Shown piece by piece: positions 18,728 to 28,548 of a stretch of DNA of 47,612 bases. A program made the position numbers and the translations under genes. The notes beneath the pieces were generated by a model. It searched no databases. It was not told the origin of the DNA and saw only the letters and a program-made list of their open reading frames with translations. Origin of the DNA: Chlorobiota bacterium (GTDB lineage Bacteria; Bacteroidota; Ignavibacteria; Kapaibacteriales; UBA2268); contig JBDHXE010000002.1 of NCBI GenBank assembly GCA_039810525.1, forward strand, positions 1-47,612, written 5' to 3'. Numbering within the stretch: the first letter of the stretch is position 1; each line of letters begins with the position of its first letter.

Positions 18728-20878
18728 TTGTACTCGGATTCATCAGAACAATTAAAGAATTTGAAACTACAAATTCAAGATATGATAAATCAAAAAAAAT
18801 TTAACAATAAATTTGTTGATAAAATTAATGAAATCACTTATTATTACGAGCAAAGCAATCCAATTGATGGTATCAATTATTTAAATGATATTTTGACTAC
18901 TCAAAGCGTTAAGAATAGTTTATATGTATTACCTTCTATTTATGTTAGATATGCACAGCTCTATGCAAAACTCGATCAATTTGACCTTCAAATCAAATAC
19001 CAGCTATTAGCTAATAAATATTTCTCCAAGAACAAAGACGTAGGTGCATACTATTGGTCAATGCTTGGGATTGGGAATATTTTATATAAAATCAAAAATT
19101 ATACCGAAGCTATTAAGTATTATAAAGAATCTTATAAAGGATTTGCAAAAACAGATGAGGGAATATCTTCAGACCAAAGGCACCATGCATATGCCGTGTG
19201 CTTAGATAATATAGGTCTATGTTACGATGCTCTCAATGTTAATGATTCGGCATTAAAGTATTATCATTTAGCTCAAAAATATAGATATATGGCTAATCAT
19301 TTTATGGATATTAAATTATCGCACTATAATTTAGGTATGTTTTTCTTGAACAAAAATATACTAGATAGTGCATATAGTAATTTGGAAAAATCTTATAATA
19401 TCAAAACACCAAATAATACTATGGCGGGAACATATATAGAATTTAATAAGTTTCATATCAAGACTATGATAGCACTATCCCAATATTTCAAGAGAATCAA
19501 CAAATTAGACTCTTCAGAATTTTACTATAAAAGTGCTATAGATTATATTGGCTACAAAATACCAATACCCTCACAGATTATGCTGCTGAGTGAAATGGCT
19601 GATATGCTTGTCAACCTACACGAAAATCAAATTTCACTACAATTGGTACTCAAAGCCCAAAAATTAATAGAAGAGCATTCTATATACATAGGTGTGCAAG
19701 AAATAAACAAACTACTAGCAGACATTTATTACTATTTGGGACAATTCGACCAATCTATGCAATATCAAAAAGTTTACGAGAAATTTTTGGATTCTATCCA
19801 AACTGTTTCGCGTATTAGAAACCTTGATTTAGAAATTAACTCTCAGAAATTAGAGATTGAATTAGAAGAAATCAATTCTATCAATCAAGAAAAATCCGAA
19901 AAAGTACAAAATCTTACTTATTTAGCAATACTACTATTGTTTGTGATAATAATAGTATTGTTGATTATTTATTTTTACCATAAACTGAATATAACAAAGA
20001 GCGAACTAAACGACAAATTAATAGCAAGCAATGAAGAATTAAATAATATCAATACTCGTATGCACGAATCACAACAAACAATTAATGAAGCCAATAATGA
20101 ACTTAAAAAATTAAACAAACAGTTAGTTAGCTCAAACAATGATTTAGAAGAATCTAATAATACTAAAAATATGCTATTTTCTTTGATTGCTCACGATTTG
20201 AAAAATGCTCTTAGTAGTGGATATGCGATGATTACTACTCTGTACCAATCATTTAATTATTATTCTAATGAAGAGAAACAAGAATATGTAGAATTCATCT
20301 ATCAGTCTTTTAGTGGGGTATACAAATTATTAGAAAATTTACTAGTATGGAGCACAGCTATTAGGAACAAGTTGAAGCCTCATTTTGATTTGAACAACTT
20401 GTATTATGTAGTTCTTAACAATATTAATCTTTATCAACAACAAATTAAAGAAAAGAATATTTCAATAATTAATAATTTAAACAATGCACTATTTTTTGTA
20501 TTTGACGCCTCTCTTATGGATACAGTAATCAGAAATATATTAAATAATGCAATCAAATATTCTCATAACGGAGGCTTTATTTATTTCGATTATGAACTTA
20601 TTAATGAATACATAATATTAAGCATTCGAGATGAGGGCGTAGGTATGCCCAAAGATAAAGCACAAAATATATTCAAATCAGGTCATAATGTATCTACTAT
20701 GGGTACATCAGGCGAAAAAGGAACTGGGTTAGGGCTTCTGATTTGTTATGAATTTGTAAAGATACATAGAGGTGAAATATGGTTTGAGAGCGAGATAGAC
20801 AAAGGCTCAGTTTGCAAAATAAAACTACCTACCAATCAACTTATAGAAGATAAGCTAAATACAAACGAAGCTAAGTAA
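18728..20878 (+). CDS. TPR-domain membrane sensor histidine kinase
   Basis: TPR-like periplasmic part, one TM (LAILLLFVIIIVLLIIYFY), H-box LIAHDLKN, N-box NILNNAIKYS, DEGVGM and GTGLGL. A signal-peptide-coding frame extends upstream to 18656. Confidence 0.9.
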   Translation: MYSDSSEQLKNLKLQIQDMINQKKFNNKFVDKINEITYYYEQSNPIDGINYLNDILTTQSVKNSLYVLPSIYVRYAQLYAKLDQFDLQIKYQLLANKYFSKNKDVGAYYWSMLGIGNILYKIKNYTEAIKYYKESYKGFAKTDEGISSDQRHHAYAVCLDNIGLCYDALNVNDSALKYYHLAQKYRYMANHFMDIKLSHYNLGMFFLNKNILDSAYSNLEKSYNIKTPNNTMAGTYIEFNKFHIKTMIALSQYFKRINKLDSSEFYYKSAIDYIGYKIPIPSQIMLLSEMADMLVNLHENQISLQLVLKAQKLIEEHSIYIGVQEINKLLADIYYYLGQFDQSMQYQKVYEKFLDSIQTVSRIRNLDLEINSQKLEIELEEINSINQEKSEKVQNLTYLAILLLFVIIIVLLIIYFYHKLNITKSELNDKLIASNEELNNINTRMHESQQTINEANNELKKLNKQLVSSNNDLEESNNTKNMLFSLIAHDLKNALSSGYAMITTLYQSFNYYSNEEKQEYVEFIYQSFSGVYKLLENLLVWSTAIRNKLKPHFDLNNLYYVVLNNINLYQQQIKEKNISIINNLNNALFFVFDASLMDTVIRNILNNAIKYSHNGGFIYFDYELINEYIILSIRDEGVGMPKDKAQNIFKSGHNVSTMGTSGEKGTGLGLLICYEFVKIHRGEIWFESEIDKGSVCKIKLPTNQLIEDKLNTNEAK

Positions 20879-20882
20879 AATA

Positions 20883-21632
20883 TTAAAAATTTAGTTCTGT
20901 CGGATAATATATTTTCTCTAAAACTAAACCTTTAGGGCTTATTAGAGGAGAGTTCAATTGTCTATTTTTGGAATACAAAGCTACACCGACTTCTTCTATT
21001 GTCCTTTTGCTACGAGCAATATCTATCATTGTCCCTACAATTGATCTTACCATCCCATAAAGGAAATGATTGGAACGAATACTATATTTATAATGATGAG
21101 TATCTATCTGCTCCCATTGGCTTAATATTACATTGCAAATAGGATTGATAGTATCTGGATTTAATTTAGAAAAAGTAGTAAAATCAACTTTTTGCTTAAA
21201 AATAATAGCTGATTGGAACAACAAATCAAAATCTATAGGGTATTTAACATAACTACAAAACCTATTATTAAATACATCTTCTTTCGTAATAATCGAATAG
21301 CTATATTCTCTAAAAATAGCATCATACCGAGCATGGAATTTCGCAAGATATGCAGCATCAATAATCCTAATATCTAATGGAAGCTTCTGATTTAATGCTT
21401 TTACTAATTTTTTTGCTGGCAATTTAGGTATGCCTTCGTATTTTACCGAACATACTTGAGCTCTTGCATGCACTCCAGTATCAGTTCTCCCCGAACCCAA
21501 TGAAGATAATTTAACATCAAATACTTGCAATAATGCTTTGTCTAACAATTCCTGCACTGTAATAGCATTGGGCTGTATCTGCCATCCGCTATAATTAGTA
21601 CCATCGTACTGTAATTTTAATGCAATATCCAT
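20883..21632 (-). CDS. truA: tRNA pseudouridine(38-40) synthase
   Basis: YDGTNYSGWQIQ, GSGRTDTGVHARAQ, FHARYDA and FLYGMVRSIVG. Confidence 0.96.
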   Translation of the reverse strand: MDIALKLQYDGTNYSGWQIQPNAITVQELLDKALLQVFDVKLSSLGSGRTDTGVHARAQVCSVKYEGIPKLPAKKLVKALNQKLPLDIRIIDAAYLAKFHARYDAIFREYSYSIITKEDVFNNRFCSYVKYPIDFDLLFQSAIIFKQKVDFTTFSKLNPDTINPICNVILSQWEQIDTHHYKYSIRSNHFLYGMVRSIVGTMIDIARSKRTIEEVGVALYSKNRQLNSPLISPKGLVLEKIYYPTELNF

Positions 21633-21734
21633 TTATTATAATAATATTTTTTATTAATTACTAAAATAATATATTTGCCAATTAGTTTCTTAACAAAATG
21701 CAAAAATTAAGATTATATAACTAATTATAGAATA

Positions 21735-23030
21735 ATGAGCAATACTATCAAAGATGCAGAAGTATGGGTAGAGCGTGGCGATGAGTTTGTAAATAGTAAA
21801 GATACCGAAAAGGCACTTGAATGCTATACAAGAGCTATCAATTTAAATCCACGTATGTCGCACGCTTTTTTCAAAAGAGGTAATCTGTTCTTTAATTCTA
21901 ATATGTTCAAAGAAGCAATTTCTGATTTTAGTAGTGCTATCGAACTTAATCCTGACTTTTCATTCGCATATTTCAAAAGAGGTAGCACCTATCTTAATAT
22001 TAAGTACTACAATCAAGCAATTTCTGATTTTAGTAGTGCTATCGAACTTAATCCTGACTTTTCATTCGCATATTTCAAAAGAGGTCTTTGCTATTTTTCG
22101 CTCAAAAATTATGAAGAAGCATTAGATGATTTTGATAAGACTTTAGAGCTAAACCCCACATATATGCCTGCTCATTTAAATAAAGGCAATATTATGTTTG
22201 AGTGGAAAAACTTTAAAGAAGCTATCTTATATTATAGTAGAGCTTTAGAGATAGACCCCGATCAAGAGAAAACCTTGGTAGCGCGGGGCTTAGCATATAT
22301 TCAGCTTAAGCAACCCAACAAAGCAATAATAGATTTTACTACTGCTATCAAACTTAATCCAGATTCATTCCTTTCGTATAATTACCGTGGCTTAGCATAT
22401 AGTAAAATGAAAGAATATAATCATGCAATAGAAGATTTTACAATAGTCATTAAATTAAATCATAACTTCTACGAAGCATATAATAATCGTGGTATAGCAT
22501 ATTTCTCCAAGAAGAAATATGAAGAAGCTGTAGAGGATTATACCAAAGGTATCAAATTCGCACCAAATTCATCTATTTTGTACTTCAACCGCGCCAATTC
22601 TTTATATTATTTGAAACAATTTGCCAATGCCTTATTTGATTTTGACAAAGCTATAGAGCTTAATCCAAATTCACCTCAAATATACTATTCACGAGGCAAT
22701 TGCAGAATGTATATTCATCAATACAAAGAAGCTATCAAAGATTTTAGCAAAGCAATCACTCTCAATCCCAAATACTTCAATGCTTATATTGGAAGAGGCA
22801 ACTGCTACTCCAAGCTCAAGTATTACAAAAAAGCTCTCGAAGACTTCACTCTATCTATAGAATTAAAGCCTGATTCTCACCTGGGCTACTTAAATAGAGC
22901 TATGACTTTCAAAGCAGAAGGTAAGATAGATAGAGCTGCACGCGACTTCAATGAATTTCTAAAATTCGTAAATCCAAACACCAAAACTGCTGTCCAAATT
23001 AAGAATTGGCTAAAAAGTGTCGGCAAATAA
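21735..23030 (+). CDS. Tetratricopeptide repeat protein (about 12 TPRs)
   Basis: Continuous 34-aa repeats of the form AY..RG......EA..DF..AIELNP. Confidence 0.92.
   Translation: MSNTIKDAEVWVERGDEFVNSKDTEKALECYTRAINLNPRMSHAFFKRGNLFFNSNMFKEAISDFSSAIELNPDFSFAYFKRGSTYLNIKYYNQAISDFSSAIELNPDFSFAYFKRGLCYFSLKNYEEALDDFDKTLELNPTYMPAHLNKGNIMFEWKNFKEAILYYSRALEIDPDQEKTLVARGLAYIQLKQPNKAIIDFTTAIKLNPDSFLSYNYRGLAYSKMKEYNHAIEDFTIVIKLNHNFYEAYNNRGIAYFSKKKYEEAVEDYTKGIKFAPNSSILYFNRANSLYYLKQFANALFDFDKAIELNPNSPQIYYSRGNCRMYIHQYKEAIKDFSKAITLNPKYFNAYIGRGNCYSKLKYYKKALEDFTLSIELKPDSHLGYLNRAMTFKAEGKIDRAARDFNEFLKFVNPNTKTAVQIKNWLKSVGK
21913..22085 (+). repeat. Perfect 71-bp direct repeat at 102-bp spacing inside the TPR gene
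   Basis: 21913-21983 is identical to 22015-22085 (aagcaatttctgatttt...tttcaaaagaggt), separated by 31 bp of different sequence. Confidence 0.95.
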
Positions 23031-23096
23031 ATCTTACTCAATATTTTAACTTTTAACCGTTATTAATTATTATTTTTTTAAATTATTTGTAGTATT

Positions 23097-24314
23097 ATGT
23101 TCCCTTCTGTAAACGAACAAATGGATATTATCAGGCAAGGAGTTGTAGATCTATTGCCCGAAGAAGAAATTTCAAAAAAAATTGAAAAAAGTATCAACAC
23201 AAAAATACCTCTAACTATCAAATTGGGGGCAGACCCAAGTCGCCCTGATTTACATATTGGCCATGCCGTAGTGTTGCACAAAATGAGGCAGTTCCAAGAT
23301 TTGGGACATACCGCAATTCTAATTATAGGTGATTTTACTGCGATGATAGGAGACCCTACTGGCAAATCTAAAACAAGGCCACAGCTTACTATAGAAGAAA
23401 CTAAGATAAATGGTGAATCATACTTGCAGCAAGCTACTATTATACTAAGACCAGATAGACTACAAGTAAGGTACAATTCTGAATGGCTTGATAAGATGTC
23501 ATTTTCTGATGTAATCAAACTAAGCTCCAAATACACAGTAGCTCAATTATTAGAAAGAGAAGATTTTAGCCAAAGATTCAAATCGGGTACCCCAATCTCA
23601 GTGCATGAGCTACTCTATCCGTTAGCACAAGGTATGGATTCGGTAGAAATAAATTCCGATATAGAGCTTGGAGGCACAGATCAAAAATTCAATCTATTAG
23701 TAGGCCGCGAACTACAAAAAGCTTTTGGCAAAGAAGCACAATGTATTTTGACTATGCCTATCTTGGAGGGTACTGATGGAGTGCAAAAAATGTCTAAATC
23801 GCTTGATAATTATATTGCTCTGACCGATACTCCTAAAGATATTTTTGGCAAAGTAATGTCTATACCAGATAATTTAATTACCAGATATATGCTATATGCT
23901 GCTTTCTTCCCCGAAATTGACGTAACTAAAGTTAAAAATGGATTAGAAGATGGCTCGATTCATCCACGAAATGCCAAAGTAGAAACTGCTAAAAAAATAG
24001 TAGCCTTATATCATAATCAAGAAGCTGCAGATGCCGCTTTCGATGAATTTGAGAGAATATTTGTAAAAAAAGATATACCCGACCAAATAGATGAATTGTT
24101 GATAGAATCCCTAAGTAATGAAATGAATATTACCGATATTCTAGTAAACTCCAAATTATCTCCATCTAAAAAAGAAGCTCGTAGATTAATTGAGCAAGGC
24201 GGGGTATATATTGATAATAATAGAATTGATGATAGCTATGCTAATATCGATATTTCTACCAAAAAATTACTAAAAGTAGGCAAACGAAAATTCTTATATA
24301 TTACCAAAAAGTAG
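23097..24314 (+). CDS. tyrS: Tyrosine--tRNA ligase
   Basis: KLGADPSRPDLHIGH (HIGH), GGTDQKFN, KMSKS and a C-terminal S4-like domain (VGKRKF). Confidence 0.97.
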   Translation: MFPSVNEQMDIIRQGVVDLLPEEEISKKIEKSINTKIPLTIKLGADPSRPDLHIGHAVVLHKMRQFQDLGHTAILIIGDFTAMIGDPTGKSKTRPQLTIEETKINGESYLQQATIILRPDRLQVRYNSEWLDKMSFSDVIKLSSKYTVAQLLEREDFSQRFKSGTPISVHELLYPLAQGMDSVEINSDIELGGTDQKFNLLVGRELQKAFGKEAQCILTMPILEGTDGVQKMSKSLDNYIALTDTPKDIFGKVMSIPDNLITRYMLYAAFFPEIDVTKVKNGLEDGSIHPRNAKVETAKKIVALYHNQEAADAAFDEFERIFVKKDIPDQIDELLIESLSNEMNITDILVNSKLSPSKKEARRLIEQGGVYIDNNRIDDSYANIDISTKKLLKVGKRKFLYITKK

Positions 24315-24316
24315 CA

Positions 24317-24490
24317 ATGTCCAAAATTAAAAGATTAATAGCAACAGTATTTATTGCATTCTATTTTTCAATATCTGATATAGATAATAAAATCGTTTAC
24401 AAATCTCCTGCTGCTATTGTCTTTAATATCGATTCGCCACCAATATATTTTCCAAAAATTAGAATCAGAAGAAAACTATATTATGAATAA
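24317..24490 (+). CDS. Putative 57-aa small protein between tyrS and trpG
   Basis: ATG 2 nt after the tyrS stop; the stop overlaps the trpG start. Sequence MSKIKRLIATVFIAFYFSISDIDNKIVYKSPAAIVFNIDSPPIYFPKIRIRRKLYYE. Confidence 0.5.
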   Translation: MSKIKRLIATVFIAFYFSISDIDNKIVYKSPAAIVFNIDSPPIYFPKIRIRRKLYYE

Positions 24491-25052
24491 TGCAGTTGTG
24501 ATAATTGATAATAATGATTCATTTACATATAATTTAGCTCAATATTTCAAATATATTGGAGCTAAGCCAATAATCATCAATATTAATATTGCAGACAGTT
24601 TCGATTTTACTAATTATCATAATATCGTATTATCGCCCGGACCGGGGCTGCCAGATGAAAACCCAAACTTAATAAATCTTATAATCAAATATAAATCTAA
24701 CAAAAGAATATTAGGAGTATGTCTGGGATTGCAAGCTATCAATATTGCCTTTGGAGGCAATCTTATCAATTTGGATAAGCCTCGCCATGGTATTTCTGAA
24801 CAATTGATCCTTAAAAATCATAGCAAATTATACACTAATTTAGACAATATCAAAGTGGGCTTATATCATTCATGGGCATTAGACCACAATACATTGCCTA
24901 ATGAATTGATAGTTAGCGCCGTAGATAAGTCCAATATCATTATGTCGTTGCACCATTCTAAATATGATATTACAGGAGTACAATACCACCCCGAATCTAT
25001 AATTACTAATTATGGCTTAGAAATACTCAATAATTGGCTATATTCTAAATAA
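24483..25052 (+). CDS. trpG: Anthranilate/aminodeoxychorismate synthase component II (class I glutamine amidotransferase)
   Basis: IIDNNDSFTYNL, LSPGPGLP, GVCLGLQ, YHSW and GVQYHPES. ATG 24483 is preferred over the track start at 24417. TrpG versus PabA cannot be resolved from sequence. Confidence 0.88.
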   Translation: MNNAVVIIDNNDSFTYNLAQYFKYIGAKPIIININIADSFDFTNYHNIVLSPGPGLPDENPNLINLIIKYKSNKRILGVCLGLQAINIAFGGNLINLDKPRHGISEQLILKNHSKLYTNLDNIKVGLYHSWALDHNTLPNELIVSAVDKSNIIMSLHHSKYDITGVQYHPESIITNYGLEILNNWLYSK

Positions 25053-25144
25053 TTTATTAGTAAAATATATAAAATTAATTATAATCTATTAATTTAAATG
25101 TTATATTTGTAAATAGATATTTAAGCCAATAATAGTGTAGAGAA

Positions 25145-25966
25145 ATGTTAAATTCTAAGAAGTTTTTATTATCTATCTTCATATCTATAATATCAGTATT
25201 CGCTTTCAATCAATGTAGTGATACTGGTATTAATAGCATTAATGTTTTTAGTATTAATGATGATATTCAATTGGGGACGCAATTAGATCAGCAAATACGA
25301 GCTAACTCGCAAGAGTACCCTATACTTAACGATGCACAAGCGACAGCCTATGTGCAGGATATTATAAACCAAATCATAAATGCTCCTGATATAAAATACA
25401 AAGGACAATTCCCATACAAAGTTACACTGCTCAATTCTAATACTATCAACGCATTCTGTACACCGGGTGGATATATTTATGTATATAAAGGTTTGCTCAA
25501 ATTTGTAGATAACGAAGCTACTTTGGCTGCAGTTTTAGCTCACGAAGTAACTCATGCAGAGAGACGCCATGCCACTAATAGAATGACTAAAGAATATGGG
25601 CTACAAATGCTATTAAGTGTCGTATTAGGCAATTCGCCATCTACATTAGAATCTATAGGTGCTAATCTATTTTCGGGATTGACCCTAATGTATAATAGTC
25701 GCGAAGATGAATACGAAGCAGACGAATATTCTTTCAAATATCTTCAATCTACAATTTGGTATCCCGGGGCTGGTAAGTTTTTCTTTGATAAAATGAGCAG
25801 CCAATCAAGCAATAGTAATTTAGAAGAATTATTCTCCACTCACCCATTAGATCAAAAAAGAATCGAAGCATTAGATAAATTAATAAAAGATGCTAATTTG
25901 CAAGCACCAAGCGAATCTAACCTATTCGGAGTTCGTTATTTACAATTTAGAGGGAAATTAAATTAA
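25145..25966 (+). CDS. M48 family metallopeptidase, probable lipoprotein
   Basis: INAFCTPGGYIYV, AVLAHEVTH, EYEADE and FSTHP motifs; FNQ|C lipobox-like site. Confidence 0.9.
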   Translation: MLNSKKFLLSIFISIISVFAFNQCSDTGINSINVFSINDDIQLGTQLDQQIRANSQEYPILNDAQATAYVQDIINQIINAPDIKYKGQFPYKVTLLNSNTINAFCTPGGYIYVYKGLLKFVDNEATLAAVLAHEVTHAERRHATNRMTKEYGLQMLLSVVLGNSPSTLESIGANLFSGLTLMYNSREDEYEADEYSFKYLQSTIWYPGAGKFFFDKMSSQSSNSNLEELFSTHPLDQKRIEALDKLIKDANLQAPSESNLFGVRYLQFRGKLN

Positions 25967-26781
25967 TGACAGCATTAGAAAAAATAGAAATTGCCGAATC
26001 TACTAACGAATCTAAGCTCTGCATAGGTTTAGATCCCGAAATTAACAAAATCCCAGAATACTTACAAAGTGATTTCAATGGATTGTACAATTTCAACTGC
26101 TCTATAATAGATGCTACTTCTGATAAAGTATCAGCTTATAAATTAAATTTTGCTTTCTATGAGCAATACGGCTACCGAGGGTATGAAGTCTTGCAGAAAA
26201 CTCTAAAATATATACCCAACAATATACTTACAATTGCAGACGCTAAAAGAGGCGATATCGGAAACTCTTCGCGTGGGTATGCCTTTGCAATTTTTAATGA
26301 ATTGAATTTCGATTCTGTTACTCTATCTCCTTATATGGGATACGATTCTCTATCACCATTCTTTGATTATAAAGATAAATTATTTTTTATTCTAGCTCTA
26401 ACTTCCAACCCATCATCTGCAGATTTCCAAAGGTTAATAATAGATGACGAGCCTCTATATATGAAAGTAATTCAAAAATTTACTTCGCAAGGCAACGATA
26501 ATATTGGATTTGTAGCTGGTGCTACACACCCTGACGACATTGCCAAGATAAGAAGCATTGCTCGCCATAATTATTTATTGATACCCGGTATTGGTGCACA
26601 AGGTGGTAATATAGAACAAGTATTATTAAAAAACAAACGCCGAAATGCTATTATTAATGTTTCCAGAGATATTATTTACCAATCCAAAGGTACAGATTTT
26701 TCTGAAAAAGCTAGTGCTAAGGCAGAATACTACCGCACACTTATCAACGATATTCATTTACAAATAATGATGGGAAAATAG
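25966..26781 (+). CDS. pyrF: Orotidine-5'-phosphate decarboxylase
   Basis: LCIGLDP, YKLNFAFYE, ADAKRGDIGNS, LTSNP, GAT, LIPGIGAQGG and NVSR. Confidence 0.96.
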   Translation: MTALEKIEIAESTNESKLCIGLDPEINKIPEYLQSDFNGLYNFNCSIIDATSDKVSAYKLNFAFYEQYGYRGYEVLQKTLKYIPNNILTIADAKRGDIGNSSRGYAFAIFNELNFDSVTLSPYMGYDSLSPFFDYKDKLFFILALTSNPSSADFQRLIIDDEPLYMKVIQKFTSQGNDNIGFVAGATHPDDIAKIRSIARHNYLLIPGIGAQGGNIEQVLLKNKRRNAIINVSRDIIYQSKGTDFSEKASAKAEYYRTLINDIHLQIMMGK

Positions 26782-26834
26782 TATAGATTATTCTATATGA
26801 CTCATAGATAATGGTAACAAAAACATTTTTAATC

Positions 26835-26868
26835 AACAAGCCTATACAAGAGTGGTATAGGTCTTGTT
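26835..26868 (+). terminator. Hairpin, probable terminator downstream of pyrF
   Basis: AACAAG-CCTATAC / GTATAGG-t-CTTGTT stem with a 7-nt loop. Confidence 0.55.
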
Positions 26869-27190
26869 AATTTAATATATTGTATTATTCTTAATTAAGA
26901 AACACTATTCAAACAATCATCATCAATACCAATTAAATTCATTCTTTGCTAATTTATTTCGGAATTATTAAGTAATCTAATAAAATTTTATACAACGGAT
27001 CAATAACAATTGGCCTATTAAAGCAATCTTAATTATTAATTTATTTATATCTAATTGTCTTTTCTCATAATAGTTGATAACTTGGCAAATATGAATAAAA
27101 TTGGAACAGCAAATAAAAAATAACATTGTAATTAATTATTACTACTTTTGTGATAAATTTTGTATTGACAAAAAATAATATGAGGAGAAA

Positions 27191-28468
27191 ATGCCTATAT
27201 CAATGATAAGAAAGATAATTATCGTAATTAGTATATTATCATTTACAAAAGCAGTTTATAGCAAACAAAATGCTGAGAGTCAAGACACTTCAAAATTAAC
27301 AGAACAGAGAATAGAGTCATTAGAAAATGAAATTAAACTACAACAACAATTCAAAATTTCAGGATATATCCAGACACAACTACAATGTGGCGAAAAGGAT
27401 GCTTTGCTGAAAGTTGGGAGTGGCAATACTGATAAAAGTAACAACTATAACCGTTTTGGTATAAGAAGAGGTAGGATAAAAATGGAATATGAAAAAAGTA
27501 AAATTACTGGGAATTTTCAGATAGATATTACAGAAGGTGGTATTGCTCTTAAAGATGCGTATTTATCTATCAAAGACCCAATAATAGGTATTAGTTCTCT
27601 AAGAGCAGGGGTATTCAATCGCCCATTTGGATACGAAATATCATATTCATCTTCAAAAAGAGAATCCCCCGAAAGATCTACAATTATCACTACACTTTTC
27701 CCCGATGAACGAGACTTAGGAGCTATGATTACACTTCAAGCCCCTAAATCATCACCTTGGAATTCGATTAAATTAGATGCCGCTTTGGTAGCTGGTAATG
27801 GCATCAAAATAGATATGGACAACTACAAAGATTTCATAGGCCATTTATCAGCTAATTTTAATTTTGATAAAGTATTAAATATCAGCGGTGGTATTTCTTA
27901 CTATTATGGTAACGTGTATCAAGGGACTTCGAGTTTGTTCATCATGGAGAATAAATCATTTATAGAGTATAACGATACAGCTAATTATGGGGCTTTTTCT
28001 AAAAGAGAATATTACGGAATAGATGCCCAATGTGAATGGTACTCACCAATTGGTATATCTCAATTATATGGAGAATATATATATGGCACACAGCCGGGTA
28101 ATAAAAATAGTTCCAAAAGTCCAAATTATTCTACTTTGCCAACCAGTAATACCTATATCAGAGACTTTGCAGGATATTATATATCCTTTGTGCAAAATTT
28201 AGGCACACTTCCTATTTCATTAATAGTAAAATATGATTATTATGATCCAAATATCCAAATCGCGAATAGTGAAATAGGGCTAAATGGCACTGGCAAAGCA
28301 GATATAGCTTATAATACCATAGGTTGTGGGCTTATGTGGAAGTGGGATACTATAAGATTGACTGCATATTACGATTGGATTACAAACGAAACTTCAACTA
28401 ATTTAAGCGATTACAACTTTGATTTGCATGATAACTTACTAACTATTCGATTGCAATACAAATATTAG
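27191..28468 (+). CDS. Outer membrane porin (phosphate-selective OprO/P-like)
   Basis: Signal peptide, short coiled coil, ISGYIQ, FGIRRGRIK, LKDAY, FNRPFGYE, PERS and C-terminal RLQYKY; GAGGAG upstream. Confidence 0.8.
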   Translation: MPISMIRKIIIVISILSFTKAVYSKQNAESQDTSKLTEQRIESLENEIKLQQQFKISGYIQTQLQCGEKDALLKVGSGNTDKSNNYNRFGIRRGRIKMEYEKSKITGNFQIDITEGGIALKDAYLSIKDPIIGISSLRAGVFNRPFGYEISYSSSKRESPERSTIITTLFPDERDLGAMITLQAPKSSPWNSIKLDAALVAGNGIKIDMDNYKDFIGHLSANFNFDKVLNISGGISYYYGNVYQGTSSLFIMENKSFIEYNDTANYGAFSKREYYGIDAQCEWYSPIGISQLYGEYIYGTQPGNKNSSKSPNYSTLPTSNTYIRDFAGYYISFVQNLGTLPISLIVKYDYYDPNIQIANSEIGLNGTGKADIAYNTIGCGLMWKWDTIRLTAYYDWITNETSTNLSDYNFDLHDNLLTIRLQYKY

Positions 28469-28548
28469 GATATTAAATAGCTATCAATAGTATTGGACTA
28501 AATAATTTGATATTTGCAATCAATTAATTAAGAGAAATGAATGAAATA

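Noticed and set aside
21913-22085. Repeat-spacer-repeat as a CRISPR array or DGR template/variable pair
   Set aside because: Only two 71-bp copies, in frame within a TPR gene at a 102-bp period. No cas or reverse transcriptase gene is present and there are no adenine-specific mismatches.
24317-24490. trp attenuator leader peptide upstream of trpG
   Set aside because: No Trp codons, too long, and no terminator/antiterminator hairpins seen.
26782-27190. Hidden gene or Pho-box array in the 410-bp gap before the porin
   Set aside because: Only a terminator-like hairpin and AT-rich sequence; no convincing ORF or 11-bp-period direct repeats.
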